Source: an archaeon (GTDB lineage Archaea > Micrarchaeota > Micrarchaeia > Norongarragalinales > UBA97). From it: a stretch of 64,000 nt of DNA. The notes beneath the pieces were generated by a model. That model was not told where the DNA came from, searched no databases, and saw only the letters and a list, made by a program, of their open reading frames with translations. Position numbers and translations under genes: made by a program. Of the stretch, positions 47,377 to 57,287 are shown piece by piece; the first letter of the stretch is position 1, and every line of letters starts with the position of its first letter. The stretch covers positions 46,852 to 110,851 of the forward strand of contig JAGVFW010000014.1 of the NCBI GenBank assembly GCA_020057405.1, given 5' to 3'.

Positions 47377-48443
47377 TAGCTAAGTGCGTAAGTATTTGAA
47401 CATTTTAGTCAAATTTTTTACGCGAAGGCTGTGTCGGACTGCTTTTTTGAACTCGTGCTTGTTCTTGTAGCACGAGTTGGCAGTTGCTTGTTTGACTGTG
47501 CGCCATGCTTGCTCGATGGGGTTAAGTTCCGGCGAATAGGAAGGAAATTTTACGAGGCGCACGTGGTGCGCCTCGCACCACGCGGTAAGCCTTTTGGTGC
47601 GGTGCCACGGCCCGCCGTCGAGAAAGAGAGTCAAGCGCGGGTAACACGCCTGCAGGCGCTTGATGAACGTGAGTACGCCTGCAGTGTTAATGCGGGCGAG
47701 GAACGAATAATGTTCGCGTTTGCCGTTGACCGCGCCGATCGCGTGGAATTTTTCGCGGGTAAAATTCGTTAATGCCACGGCAGGTTTGCCTCTGGCAAAC
47801 CAACCTCGCGCCGTGTGCGGCGCGATTACGAAACTGCATTCGTCCAGGCAAAACGCGGTTCGCCGCTCGCGCCTCGCGCGGAGGATTTCCAGCCTCGCTT
47901 TTTTTTGAACGCGGCCACCTCGTGAGGTGAACTTTGGTAGTGTTTCGGGCGCGGCGTCTTCACCGAAAAACCAAGTTCGTGCAAAAGCCTGCGCAAATGC
48001 GACGCGTCATACTCTACGCCGTACTCGCGCTTGACGAGCGCGAGAACCAATCGCGTATTCCAAAATCCTTCCTTGAAACCGCTCGCTGAAGGCGAGCGCA
48101 ACAAACGCGCTCGTAAGCCGCGCAACTGCGCGGAACTCAAGCGTTTAGGCCTTCCCGCTTTGGGCAATGACTCGGAAGCGTTTAATCCACGATCAACGAA
48201 CCGGTGCAGGATGTCTTGCACCGAGCGGCGGTGCATCTGCACCGCCTCGGCAATCGCGTCAATGCTCTTACCTTGCTTGCGGTGCACCGCAACCAACAAT
48301 CGCGTCCGCTGACGCGCACGAGTTTCCTTAGCCGCACGCCGTTTCAACTCAGGAACGGAAACGCGCGGCAAAAACGCTTCCTCTGAGGGAAGGTTCCAAG
48401 TCATACACAAAATACGAAGTTCAAATACTTATACCTTTAGGTA
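47377..48443 (-). mobile_element. IS630-family insertion sequence
   Basis: Imperfect TIRs TAGCTAAGTGCGTAAGTATTTGAAC and TACCTAAAGGTATAAGTATTTGAAC, each flanked by TA (47375-76 and 48444-45); contains HTH and DDE ORFs. Confidence 0.92.
47380..48410 (-). CDS. IS630 transposase, split over two frames with a probable -1 frameshift
   Basis: ORF-A is an HTH (GRPKRL, WNTRLV, LGFS). ORF-B carries LDE, LDGGPWH and YSPELNPIEQAW. An A8G run sits at the junction (47898-47906). Confidence 0.88.
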
Positions 48444-48446
48444 TAG

Positions 48447-49631
48447 CTAGTTTTTCGCGTGTTGGCTCGACAGGCTTCTTGCGGCGAGTGTGCTGAAGAC
48501 GAGCGCGTAGGCCCAGATGCATAGTGCGAGCCCTACGAAGGCGTAGGTATGGTTGATTGAATAGAGCAGGCCGCCTAGAAGCGGGCCGATTATTTGGCCC
48601 AAGTTTTGGAATGACGCGTTGAGCCCGAGGATGGCGCCGCGTTTGCCGTGAACTTTTTTGGTGAGCAGCGACGTTACCGACGGGAAGGTCATGGAGTTGC
48701 CGATGACGAAGACTGCCAATGGCAGGAGGAGGGTAAGCCAGTCGTTGGCGAATGCTAGGAAGAAAAAGCCAGTGCCGGAAATGACGAGCCCGATTTTGAT
48801 GAGCTTGACTTCGCCAAAGCGGTTGACGAGATTGCCGGAAAGAAACTGCGCTATCATGATTAGAAAGCCAATGTAAGTGAAGAGCAGTCCTACCTCGGAA
48901 GAGGTGAAGCCAAGCTTATCGCCAGTGTAGATTGCCAGGACGGCCTGGATGCCGCCGACCATGAAGGTAGTCATCATCGAGGCGAGGAGGAGGAAGAGCA
49001 GGGGCGAGGAGATGTGTTCTAGGAGCGTGACTTCCTTGCCGACTATGTCGTGGCTCTCCTTCTTTTCGTGCGGCTCGCGCAACTGGAAGAAGACTGAAAC
49101 GAAATTCAGGGCGGAGAAGGCGGCGGCCAGCCAGAAGACTGCGTGGACTGAAATGCCGGATGCAATGCCGCCAAACGCCGGGCCTACGATGAAGCCAAGC
49201 GAGAAGGTCATGCCCACTAGGCCCATTGCTTTTCCGCGGTGTTCCTCGCTCGTCAGGTCAGAGAGGAGTGAGACGCAGGCGGGGAATACGCCGGCTGCAA
49301 AAATGCCTTCAAGGCCGCGGGCGGCAAAAGCAAGGGTTAGGGTGTCGGCGAATGCGAAGAGGATGTATGATGCGGCAAATCCGGCAGTGCTTATCAGGAG
49401 AACTGGCTTGCGGCCGTATTTGTCAGCGAGCTTGCCAAACACGGGACTAAATATCAGGCTCATGAAGGCAAAGACGGCGGTGAGCATGCCCAGTTCGAAT
49501 GGAGTTGCGCCCAGGGTTACTGCATAGAAGGGAAAGATTGGCAGGATGACGCCAAAGCCGAAGGCTGCCATGAAGAGCGTGAAGAGCACGGGCTTGATGC
49601 CCGGAGTTGATAGGATAGAACGGAACGACAT
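48447..49631 (-). CDS. MFS transporter (TetA/DHA1-like)
   Basis: Motif A GKLADKYGRKPV, motif C GFIVGPAFGG and about 12 TM helices. Confidence 0.92.
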   Translation of the reverse strand: MSFRSILSTPGIKPVLFTLFMAAFGFGVILPIFPFYAVTLGATPFELGMLTAVFAFMSLIFSPVFGKLADKYGRKPVLLISTAGFAASYILFAFADTLTLAFAARGLEGIFAAGVFPACVSLLSDLTSEEHRGKAMGLVGMTFSLGFIVGPAFGGIASGISVHAVFWLAAAFSALNFVSVFFQLREPHEKKESHDIVGKEVTLLEHISSPLLFLLLASMMTTFMVGGIQAVLAIYTGDKLGFTSSEVGLLFTYIGFLIMIAQFLSGNLVNRFGEVKLIKIGLVISGTGFFFLAFANDWLTLLLPLAVFVIGNSMTFPSVTSLLTKKVHGKRGAILGLNASFQNLGQIIGPLLGGLLYSINHTYAFVGLALCIWAYALVFSTLAARSLSSQHAKN

Positions 49632-49673
49632 AAAGAGACCTGTCAAGATAGATTAGCGGCGAACGGTTATAAA

Positions 49674-50198
49674 TTACTCGCAGGTGATTGCGGCAAAAGC
49701 GCCGTTGTTTGCCTCGTCTGACTCGATGACGCGATGGTCAAAGTCGGCGCGGGAGGAAAAGTAGAAAATGCCGGGCACGACGCACTCGAACTTTATTTCA
49801 GTATTGAGGTGGTGGCCTGCCTCAAGCGAAGGGCGGAAGTCCGCCTTCGACCCGTCCTGCGAGACGATGCGCGAGTACGAGCTTTCGGCTACTGCAGTGC
49901 CATTGTTGGTAAGCTGCTCGACCAGAAACACCGTGCTGCCGACGGGGACTTGTACAATCTCGGCCTTAAGCGGGAAGGTATTGCTGCCGTCGAGGCGCGA
50001 GGAGATGAAGACTGGCACGAGGTCAGGCCGCTTGAGCGGCCCGGTGATTGGAGCGCTGGCCTTTTCGGAAGCACCGCCGAAACCGCTGTCTGCCACTAAT
50101 GCACCAGCGCCAGTGCCGCCGAAAAACGCGGCCTGAATCACGAAAGCTGCAAGGAGTAAAACGAGAATGCCGCCAAGAGTGCGGTCGGTGCGGTCCAT
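49674..50198 (-). CDS. Membrane-anchored CARDB-like protein
   Basis: N-terminal TM, then RPDL...NNGT...AD...VIESDEANN. Confidence 0.7.
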   Translation of the reverse strand: MDRTDRTLGGILVLLLAAFVIQAAFFGGTGAGALVADSGFGGASEKASAPITGPLKRPDLVPVFISSRLDGSNTFPLKAEIVQVPVGSTVFLVEQLTNNGTAVAESSYSRIVSQDGSKADFRPSLEAGHHLNTEIKFECVVPGIFYFSSRADFDHRVIESDEANNGAFAAITCE

Positions 50199-50279
50199 TT
50201 CTAGGGGGTAGGCGAGCCGGCGGAATTTAAGGCTATTGGAAAAGATAGGGAAATGGCGGCGCGGGGGAGGGAGGGGTGA

Positions 50280-51596
50280 TTACTTTTTGCGCAATTGCGC
50301 CATGTGGGAGACGCGCTTTTGCACTAACGCTTGCGTGCCTATGTCTTGCCGGGAAAAGAGTTGGCCCTTGACTGCGTTGATGCCGGCGGCGGCTTTCTTT
50401 CGCGCTTCCTCTAGAGACTCGCCTTTGCCTAGAACAGCAATTGCGCGGCTGCCAAGTGCCAAAAGCTTGCCCGATCGTTCCTCGACGCTAGCGTAGTAGA
50501 GGCTGGCGCCTGAGGAAGAGAGTGCAGTGGGATTGATTGTGATTTCTCCGCCTTTTTGGGCCGCGTCGGGATACCCGTTTGGCACGAGATAGCGGCAGAC
50601 TGTGGCAAGGGGGGCAAACTTGACGTCGAATTCGGCGAGCCGCTGTTGTGCAACTGCCAAAGCGAGGTAGGCAAAATCGGTTTCCATTACGCCAAGAGCG
50701 TTCATTGCCTCGGGGTCGCCGAAGCGGCAGTTGTACTCAAGGAGGCGCACGCCTTGGGCAGTTGCCATGAAGCCGCCGTAGAGGACGCCCTTGTAGGGCG
50801 AGCCAGTTTCCTTCTCGAGCGCTTTCATTACTTTCTCGGTAATCGCGTGAGCTGCCTTCAAGTCATGGGAGTTAAGAAACGGCAGGGAGTGGTCCGGCAT
50901 CGAGTAGGCGCCCATGCCGCCGGTATTGGGGCCGGCATCGCCCTCGAATGCGCGCTTGTGGTCCTGCACTGCTGGGCAATCGACTAAAGTCTTGCCGTCA
51001 GAGATTGACATGAGCGAAAATTCTTCGCCCTCAAGTTTTTCCTCAACAACTACGGCGCTGCCGCCGGCGATTACACTGCGGGCGAACTTGAGTGCGTCGG
51101 CTGTTGAGTGCAGGTGGTCGCCCCACACGCGCACGCCCTTGCCCCCAGCCAGGCCGTCGGCCTTCACCACACAGGGACCCAGTAACTCGAGGTAGTCCTC
51201 AAGCCCGTCGGGAGTGGCAAAAGAGCGGAAACGCGGGTTGCCGGTTATGCCGTGCTTTGCGAGGAGGCCACGGCAGAAGCTCTTGCTTCCTTCGAGGCGC
51301 GCGAGTGCCTTTCGCGGGCCAAAGCAGGGAATGCCCTGCTCTTCAAGTACATCGACTGCGCCGGCAACAAGAGGCGTTTCCGGCCCGAAGACGGCCAACA
51401 CCGGCCGGATGGATTTTGCGTAAAGGGAAATGGCGCCAATGTCGTCGGCGCTCGCGATGATTGAGGATTTTGCGTATGCCTTGATGCCGGGGTTGGCGTG
51501 CGGCATTGCGGCGTGGAGTTCGACTAGCGGGTTTCTGCGCAGGGATTGAGCGAGCGCGTGTTCGCGGGCACCCGCGCCCACAAGCAATACTTTCAT
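50280..51596 (-). CDS. purD: Phosphoribosylamine--glycine ligase
   Basis: GAGAREHAL, GPE, KADGLAGGKGV, QDHKR, GPNTGGMG and RFGDPE motifs. Confidence 0.96.
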   Translation of the reverse strand: MKVLLVGAGAREHALAQSLRRNPLVELHAAMPHANPGIKAYAKSSIIASADDIGAISLYAKSIRPVLAVFGPETPLVAGAVDVLEEQGIPCFGPRKALARLEGSKSFCRGLLAKHGITGNPRFRSFATPDGLEDYLELLGPCVVKADGLAGGKGVRVWGDHLHSTADALKFARSVIAGGSAVVVEEKLEGEEFSLMSISDGKTLVDCPAVQDHKRAFEGDAGPNTGGMGAYSMPDHSLPFLNSHDLKAAHAITEKVMKALEKETGSPYKGVLYGGFMATAQGVRLLEYNCRFGDPEAMNALGVMETDFAYLALAVAQQRLAEFDVKFAPLATVCRYLVPNGYPDAAQKGGEITINPTALSSSGASLYYASVEERSGKLLALGSRAIAVLGKGESLEEARKKAAAGINAVKGQLFSRQDIGTQALVQKRVSHMAQLRKK

Positions 51597-51617
51597 GGGG
51601 AATCAGGTCCTAACCGT

Positions 51618-52175
51618 TTACTCCATTTTCTTGAGGAAGGACTCGCGTTCTGCGGGTGTGCAGGGGAAGAGCTTGAACTCGCAGTACTCACCGCCTAGAT
51701 GAGCGGCGCACTTTGTCTCGATGCACTTAAACGGCCGGCTCCAGACGATGTGGGCGGCTCCTGCGATGATGCCTGCGATAGTGAAGCACACTGCCTCGTC
51801 GGTCGCCCCGTAATTGCGGGCGACGGGTGAGTTGCCAACCATGATCATGCCCTTGCCGGTAGTATAGTCGAAAGTGCCGAGGCGGAAGAGGCCATAGCCG
51901 CGATCGAGGGCGAGCAAAAGCATTTTTTCGACGACTTTGCGCTTGTTGATTGCCTTTACAAGAGGCAAAAGGAGCCGCTCGGTCTCGCTTACTGCGCGGG
52001 CGGCAGTTTGCTCGCCGTTTTCATACATTATGCGGTGGGCGAGGGCGGCGTCGATTGACTCAAGGCGCTTTTGCAGGTCTGCCATGTAGCCGTCGTGCGC
52101 TAGAACCACGCGGGCACCCGAATAGCTTAGCACGCCGCTGTCGTCGTTGATTTCCGCTTCGAGTTTTCTGCTCAT
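51618..52175 (-). CDS. Stand-alone V4R-domain protein
   Basis: RGYG...NSPVA...[11 protein letters not shown]...CIETKCAA...CEF. Confidence 0.8.
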   Translation of the reverse strand: MSRKLEAEINDDSGVLSYSGARVVLAHDGYMADLQKRLESIDAALAHRIMYENGEQTAARAVSETERLLLPLVKAINKRKVVEKMLLLALDRGYGLFRLGTFDYTTGKGMIMVGNSPVARNYGATDEAVCFTIAGIIAGAAHIVWSRPFKCIETKCAAHLGGEYCEFKLFPCTPAERESFLKKME

Positions 52176-53425
52176 ACCGCACCACCGTAGATTGGGAATT
52201 TAGCGCACAAGTCCATCACTTCGTCGCGCACGCGCTCGAGGGCAGTCTCGTCCTGCCAACTCTCAAGCGCCTTTAGCATGAGGCCGGCCACTTGCTTCAT
52301 CTCGCTTTCCTTCATGCCGCGCGAGGTGAGCGTTGGCGTGCCGAGGCGGATGCCGCTTGGGTCGAATGGCTTTCGGGTGTCAAAGGGAATGGTATTCTTG
52401 TTGACTGTGATGTGGGCATGGTCGAGAGCCGTCTCGGCTTGTTTGCCGGTGATGTTCTTCGGCGTGAGGTCGACTAGGAGCAGGTGGTTGTCGGTGCCGC
52501 CGGTGACTAAGCGCAGGCCCCCTTCGGTAAGGCCGGTTGCAAGAGTGCGAGCGTTCTTGACGATTTGATGCTGGTATTCCTTGAATTCGGGCTTAAGCGC
52601 CTCGCCGAAGGCAACTGCTTTTGCCGCGATGATGTGCTCAAGGGGCCCCCCCTGCATGCCGGGAAAGACGGCCTTGTCGACTTTTTCGGCGAATTCCTGC
52701 TTGCACATTATCATGCCGCTTCGCGGGCCGCGCAAAGTCTTGTGGGTCGTCGTCGTGACGACGTCGGTGAATGGAAATGGCGAGGGGTGATCGCCTGAAA
52801 TAACGAGGCCGGCAATGTGCGCAATGTCGGCCATCGAGTAGGCACCTACCTCGTCGGCAATCTCGTCGATGCACTTAAAGTCGATGAGCCGAGGGTAGGC
52901 GGTTGCGCCCGATATGATGAGCTTGGGCTTGTGCTCTCGCGCTAGTTTCTCCATCGCGTCGTAGTCGATGAGCTCGTCTTCCTTTCGCACGCCGTATTGG
53001 ACGAACTTGTAGGCTTTGCCGGAAAAGTTTACCGGGTGGCCGTGGGTGAGGTGGCCGCCTTCGGAGAGGGACATGCCCATTGCGGTGTCGCCGAACTGGA
53101 GTAGTGCCATGTAGACTGCGGCATTCGCCTGGCTGCCTGCGTGGGGCTGGACGTTTGCGTGGTCGGCGCCAAAGAGCGTCTTGGCCCGGTCGATGGCGAG
53201 CTGTTCGATTTCGTCGACGAACTCGTTGCCGCCGTAGTAGCGCTTGCGGGGGTAGCCCTCGCTGTACTTGTTTGTAAGCACGCTGCCTGCGGCCTGGAGG
53301 ACTGCGTTTGAGACTATGTTCTCGCTTGGGATGAGCTCGAGGACGGTCTGCTGGCGGCGCATTTCGCGGTGCATTATCGCAGCTGCCTGCGGGTCTTCGT
53401 GCTCCACTTCGCTTAAGTAATCCAT
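52172..53425 (-). CDS. glyA: Serine hydroxymethyltransferase
   Basis: [28 protein letters not shown] and [12 protein letters not shown] motifs; looks bacterial-type. Confidence 0.97.
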   Translation of the reverse strand: MDYLSEVEHEDPQAAAIMHREMRRQQTVLELIPSENIVSNAVLQAAGSVLTNKYSEGYPRKRYYGGNEFVDEIEQLAIDRAKTLFGADHANVQPHAGSQANAAVYMALLQFGDTAMGMSLSEGGHLTHGHPVNFSGKAYKFVQYGVRKEDELIDYDAMEKLAREHKPKLIISGATAYPRLIDFKCIDEIADEVGAYSMADIAHIAGLVISGDHPSPFPFTDVVTTTTHKTLRGPRSGMIMCKQEFAEKVDKAVFPGMQGGPLEHIIAAKAVAFGEALKPEFKEYQHQIVKNARTLATGLTEGGLRLVTGGTDNHLLLVDLTPKNITGKQAETALDHAHITVNKNTIPFDTRKPFDPSGIRLGTPTLTSRGMKESEMKQVAGLMLKALESWQDETALERVRDEVMDLCAKFPIYGGAV

Positions 53426-53533
53426 CTTCCCCCAATCCACTCCTTGCTCATTTCTAGGAAGGGAACGCATTTTATAGGCTTCCCCGCAGTAATTCGAACA
53501 GCAGGCGGTTTACCTCTAGGGTGGGTTTCTGGA

Positions 53534-54094
53534 ATGAAAGCGATTTTAAGGCGGGAAATGATTTTGAAGCGCGGGCGCCAAAGCCCCGCGTTGATTGCCG
53601 AAAAGAGCGAAAGGGCGGTCAAGCTGCTCGTCAAGCTACCCGAATGGAAAGCTGCAAAGACCGTGATGCTTTACGCTGCGACCAAAAGCGAAGTCCAGAC
53701 GCGGGCGGCAATCGATGCCGGGCTTGCGCAAGGCAAGCGCGTTTGCATGCCTTCCGCTGGGAGCGACGAGAAGGAAATGGATGCGTTTGAAATCAAAGAG
53801 TGGGACGACCTCAAACCCCGCGGGCGGGGGTATCTTGAGCCCGTGCGGCAGAAAACGAGCATGGTCGAGCCGGCGAAGATTGGGTTGATTGTCGTGCCCG
53901 GAGTTGCTTTTGACCAAAAGGGCAACCGCCTTGGCCGGGGTGCTCACTACTACGATGACTTCCTAAGGCGCTCAAGGGCGCCCGCTGTTGCACTCGCGTT
54001 TGAAATGCAGGTGGTAAAAGAAGTTCCAGTTGAAGCGCACGACGTGGCGGTTTGCAAGATTGTCACTGAAAAGCGCGTGATTGAATGCAGGTGA
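53534..54094 (+). CDS. 5-formyltetrahydrofolate cyclo-ligase
   Basis: SEV, VPGVAFDQKGNRLGRGAHYYD and HDV motifs. Confidence 0.93.
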   Translation: MKAILRREMILKRGRQSPALIAEKSERAVKLLVKLPEWKAAKTVMLYAATKSEVQTRAAIDAGLAQGKRVCMPSAGSDEKEMDAFEIKEWDDLKPRGRGYLEPVRQKTSMVEPAKIGLIVVPGVAFDQKGNRLGRGAHYYDDFLRRSRAPAVALAFEMQVVKEVPVEAHDVAVCKIVTEKRVIECR

Positions 54095-54098
54095 GAAA

Positions 54099-54746
54099 AT
54101 GCTTAGAAAAACTATTTTGGCAGTTGCGGACGCGCACGCTTCCCCGGGCGGGCTAAAGGCGCTTCGGGTTATGCTCAAGGACCACGCGCCCGACGGCCTC
54201 CTGGTTGTCGGCGACTTGACGACCCGCGGGCCGATGACTTACGGCACTAGAATTATCGAGGCGGCATCCAAGCGCAAAACGCCGGTCTTTGCAGTCGGGG
54301 GGAACATGGACTTGCCGGAACTCCACGACTGGCTTGAGAGGACGGGCGTTGGCGTGCACGCTTCCGGCCGCGAGTTCAACGGCTACAAGATAGTCGGCAT
54401 CGGGGGAAGCAACCCCACGCCGTTTAACACGCCAGTAGAGTATTCGGAAGAGCAGATTTACAAGTTCGGCGCCGGTCTGATTGACAGCCGCACGATTTTC
54501 ATGCCGCATGCCCCGCCATTGAACACTTGCGCCGACTTGACTTCGTCGGGAGCGCACGTCGGGAGCAAGGCAGTACGGCAGTTGATTGAGGAAAGCCAGC
54601 CTGCAGTTGCCTTTTGCGGCCACATCCACGAAGCCAAGGGCGAGCAGTTGATGGGGCGCACTAAGCTAGTCAAGCTCGAGCCACTGATGGACGAAAAAGC
54701 CGTGCTCTTGGAACTGCCGAGCCTAAAGACGAAGCACTTGGGCTAG
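54099..54746 (+). CDS. Metallophosphoesterase
   Basis: DAH, GDLT, GNMD, HAPP and GHIHE motifs. Confidence 0.9.
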   Translation: MLRKTILAVADAHASPGGLKALRVMLKDHAPDGLLVVGDLTTRGPMTYGTRIIEAASKRKTPVFAVGGNMDLPELHDWLERTGVGVHASGREFNGYKIVGIGGSNPTPFNTPVEYSEEQIYKFGAGLIDSRTIFMPHAPPLNTCADLTSSGAHVGSKAVRQLIEESQPAVAFCGHIHEAKGEQLMGRTKLVKLEPLMDEKAVLLELPSLKTKHLG

Positions 54747-55045
54747 CGGCTAAACACGTCGTAGAAAGTCTTGCAGAAGGAAGTTCGTGCCGACTCCATT
54801 TGCGAGCGGCCGAGCGGCGTGATTGAGTAGACTTTTTCTTTCCCGCCCTTTGGCGCGGCGACAATCGCTTTCTTCCCAACCAGTTCCTTTAGCGCGGGGT
54901 AGATTGTGCCGGGGTTGGGCTTGCACCCTTTGCGTTTTTCAAGCTCGCGGGCGATTTGCGCCCCGCTTGCGGGCTTCTTGCTGACAATCCAAAGGATTAG
55001 GAACGAAAGATAGCCGCGCATGTCGCAAACGCCATTAGAACCCAT
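54743..55045 (-). CDS. PadR family regulator
   Basis: PGTIYPALKEL...KVYSITPLG. Confidence 0.88.
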   Translation of the reverse strand: MGSNGVCDMRGYLSFLILWIVSKKPASGAQIARELEKRKGCKPNPGTIYPALKELVGKKAIVAAPKGGKEKVYSITPLGRSQMESARTSFCKTFYDVFSR

Positions 55046-55175
55046 AAGAAGGGTTGGGCAGGCAATACATTAATATATATGTATTGCACACCCAATATTA
55101 GTTGTCCGATAGTGACGGGCGTATGCCCCTTTTTTCTTATTTCAGTTTTGTGAAAGTAGTTTTGGAGGCCAAAAA

Positions 55176-55739
55176 ATGGATATCCCTTGGGGAAGCGAAG
55201 GCACGAGCAAGTTTGTCACCAACGTTGGCATCATCACCACTGACGGGCCTTGGGGCCCTAACGCGATGGCCGCCGAGTGGACGCATTTGGTCAGCTACAA
55301 GCCAGGCAGGATTGCGGTGAATGTGGGGCCTTCAAAGGCAACTGCTGAAAACATCTTGGCGAGCAAGGAGTTCGGAGTCAATCTCGCTGCTGAGGACCAG
55401 AATGTCTTTGCAAGCATTGCAGGCGGCAGCACCGGCAAGCAAGTTGACAAGATTGCGGTACTCAAGGAAGTGGGCGCCAAGTTCTATTCCGCAGAGAAAA
55501 TAAAGGCACTCATGCTTGAAGGCGCGGCGCTAAACGCCGAGTGCAAGCTCTTTGGCCATTACGAAATCGGCGACCACACTCTTTTCGTCGGCGACGTGGT
55601 TTCGCTCAAGGTCAACGCGAGCAAGCCGATTGTCTACCACCAGACCAAGTACTGGAAGGTCGGCGAATCGGTGGCGAAGCCCTCGGAAGAAGAGCAAGCC
55701 AAGCACTCCGAACTCGCCAAGAAGCACGCGAAAAAGTAA
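55176..55739 (+). CDS. Flavin reductase family protein
   Basis: NAMAAEW...NILASKEFGVN...ECKL...GDHTLFVGDV. Confidence 0.88.
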   Translation: MDIPWGSEGTSKFVTNVGIITTDGPWGPNAMAAEWTHLVSYKPGRIAVNVGPSKATAENILASKEFGVNLAAEDQNVFASIAGGSTGKQVDKIAVLKEVGAKFYSAEKIKALMLEGAALNAECKLFGHYEIGDHTLFVGDVVSLKVNASKPIVYHQTKYWKVGESVAKPSEEEQAKHSELAKKHAKK

Positions 55740-55784
55740 AACTAGTTTTGGGCCGCGCGGAAAAATTCCGGCGCTATTTTTTCT

Positions 55785-56192
55785 TTACACGCCGTAAGCC
55801 AGGAGGCACCGGCCCTTCTCGGGACAGGAAGCGCATTTTGAGGCCGAGGCGGGGGAATGTTCGGTGCACTCGGCCTTGAAGAACGCGACGAGGCGGCGCA
55901 GGGCCGAGCTTTCTTTAGTAACCGAGTACTCGGTCTCGTGCTTTGAGATGACCCGCTTGTAAAGATAGCCAGCCCGCTCAAGCTCGGTTAGCCGCAGGGC
56001 CAAAACTTTCGGGGTTATTGGAGTGAGCGCGCGCTGGAGTTCCGAAAAACGCTTGGCGCCGCTTGAAGAAAAGAGCTCGAAGAGCAGCGGAAGCATCCAC
56101 TTTTTCTCAAGAAAGGCAACTCTCACTGTGACTGGACAACTTGCGTCCATGCCCCAAGCGGGCCTTGCCTTTTTGTCAATCTTAACCGGCAC
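55785..56192 (-). CDS. HxlR-type winged-HTH regulator with a C-terminal Cys cluster
   Basis: CPV...KKW...RFSELQRAL..ITPKVLALRLTELE; C-terminal C...CxxCxxxxxC. Confidence 0.82.
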   Translation of the reverse strand: MPVKIDKKARPAWGMDASCPVTVRVAFLEKKWMLPLLFELFSSSGAKRFSELQRALTPITPKVLALRLTELERAGYLYKRVISKHETEYSVTKESSALRRLVAFFKAECTEHSPASASKCASCPEKGRCLLAYGV

Positions 56193-56228
56193 TTTCTCTC
56201 CACCAATACGCGTGTAGTGAAAGCTAGC

Positions 56229-57086
56229 TTAATAGCTTAATCCGCGCACGCCGACAACGGATGCAAACGACTCGAGCTTTTGAGCCATTTGCAAAAGAAA
56301 TGAATCCGGAGTAGCGGGGAGCCGCTCGAAGGCCGGGTCGAGGTTGCCGCCGGGACGGAATTGCTGGAGGTAGTAAGCGTCGGCGCCGCAAACGAGCCTG
56401 CCGATTTCAAGCAAGTCCTCTTCAGCATGGATGCCCGGCACAACGGTTGTGCGAAACTCGTGCTCGATGCCGCTTGATTTGATGAAGTTTATGCTCTCGA
56501 GTATTTTGCCAGAATCAACGTGCGAGCCGCTGACAATAGCGTATTTTGCAAGCGGCGCTTTTACGTCCATTGCAATGTAGTCGACTAGGCCTTTGCCAAC
56601 AACGGCCTTTAGCACTTGAGGAAAAGAGCCGTTTGAGTCAAGCTTGACGGCAAAGCCCTTTTCCTTGATGGCCGAGAGAAAGTTCGGCAGGCCAGGGTGC
56701 ACGCACGGCTCGCCGCCGGTGATGACAACGCCTTCAAGCTTGCCCCGCCGATGGTCGAGAAACTCTAGAAACTCTTTTTCGGATACGCGAGTGCCGTCAT
56801 CCTGCGTGACGAGCCCGGGGTTGTGGCAATAGCCGCAGCGCATGTTGCACCCCCAAAGAAAGGCGATGCTTGCAAGCTTGCCGGGGTAGTCAAGTAGAGT
56901 GAGCGGAGTGAAGCCGGCTATTGGAACTGGCGGGTATTTGGGTAAGGCGTGGCGAAATGCCGCCTCGTGGTGATGACCGCCCTTGCCTTTGCCCTCGCAG
57001 GGGGCACCTTGCCCGCTGCAGGCGTGCCCTGGCTTTGAGCCGCCTTTAGTGCAATTGCCGCAACAACCTTCAACGGCCAATTCCAT
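56229..57086 (-). CDS. nrdG: Anaerobic RNR activating radical-SAM enzyme
   Basis: DYPGK, CNMRCGYCHN, TGGEP, MDVKAP and EFRTT motifs. Confidence 0.93.
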   Translation of the reverse strand: MELAVEGCCGNCTKGGSKPGHACSGQGAPCEGKGKGGHHHEAAFRHALPKYPPVPIAGFTPLTLLDYPGKLASIAFLWGCNMRCGYCHNPGLVTQDDGTRVSEKEFLEFLDHRRGKLEGVVITGGEPCVHPGLPNFLSAIKEKGFAVKLDSNGSFPQVLKAVVGKGLVDYIAMDVKAPLAKYAIVSGSHVDSGKILESINFIKSSGIEHEFRTTVVPGIHAEEDLLEIGRLVCGADAYYLQQFRPGGNLDPAFERLPATPDSFLLQMAQKLESFASVVGVRGLSY

Positions 57087-57113
57087 TAACGCTCCCCTTT
57101 TTTTTCTTAACGC

Positions 57114-57287
57114 TCACTTCTTTTCCTTAAAACTTGCTTCTTGTTTTAAGCTCGCTTTTTTTTCTTCGCATTGCTTGTACTCCACGCGGTCGGCAAACTC
57201 GCTTTGCTTGCCGTCGTTCCACTGGGAAACTGGCCGGTAGTAGCCGACAACGCGCGAGTAGATTTCGCACTTCGTTCTCTCTGTCAT
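57114..57287 (-). CDS. Stand-alone NrdD glycyl-radical domain protein (57 aa)
   Basis: Translated by hand: MTERTKCEIYSRVVGYYRPVSQWNDGKQSEFADRVEY... Has an ATGA overlap with the nrdD stop and a GAGGTG SD. Confidence 0.88.
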   Translation of the reverse strand: MTERTKCEIYSRVVGYYRPVSQWNDGKQSEFADRVEYKQCEEKKASLKQEASFKEKK

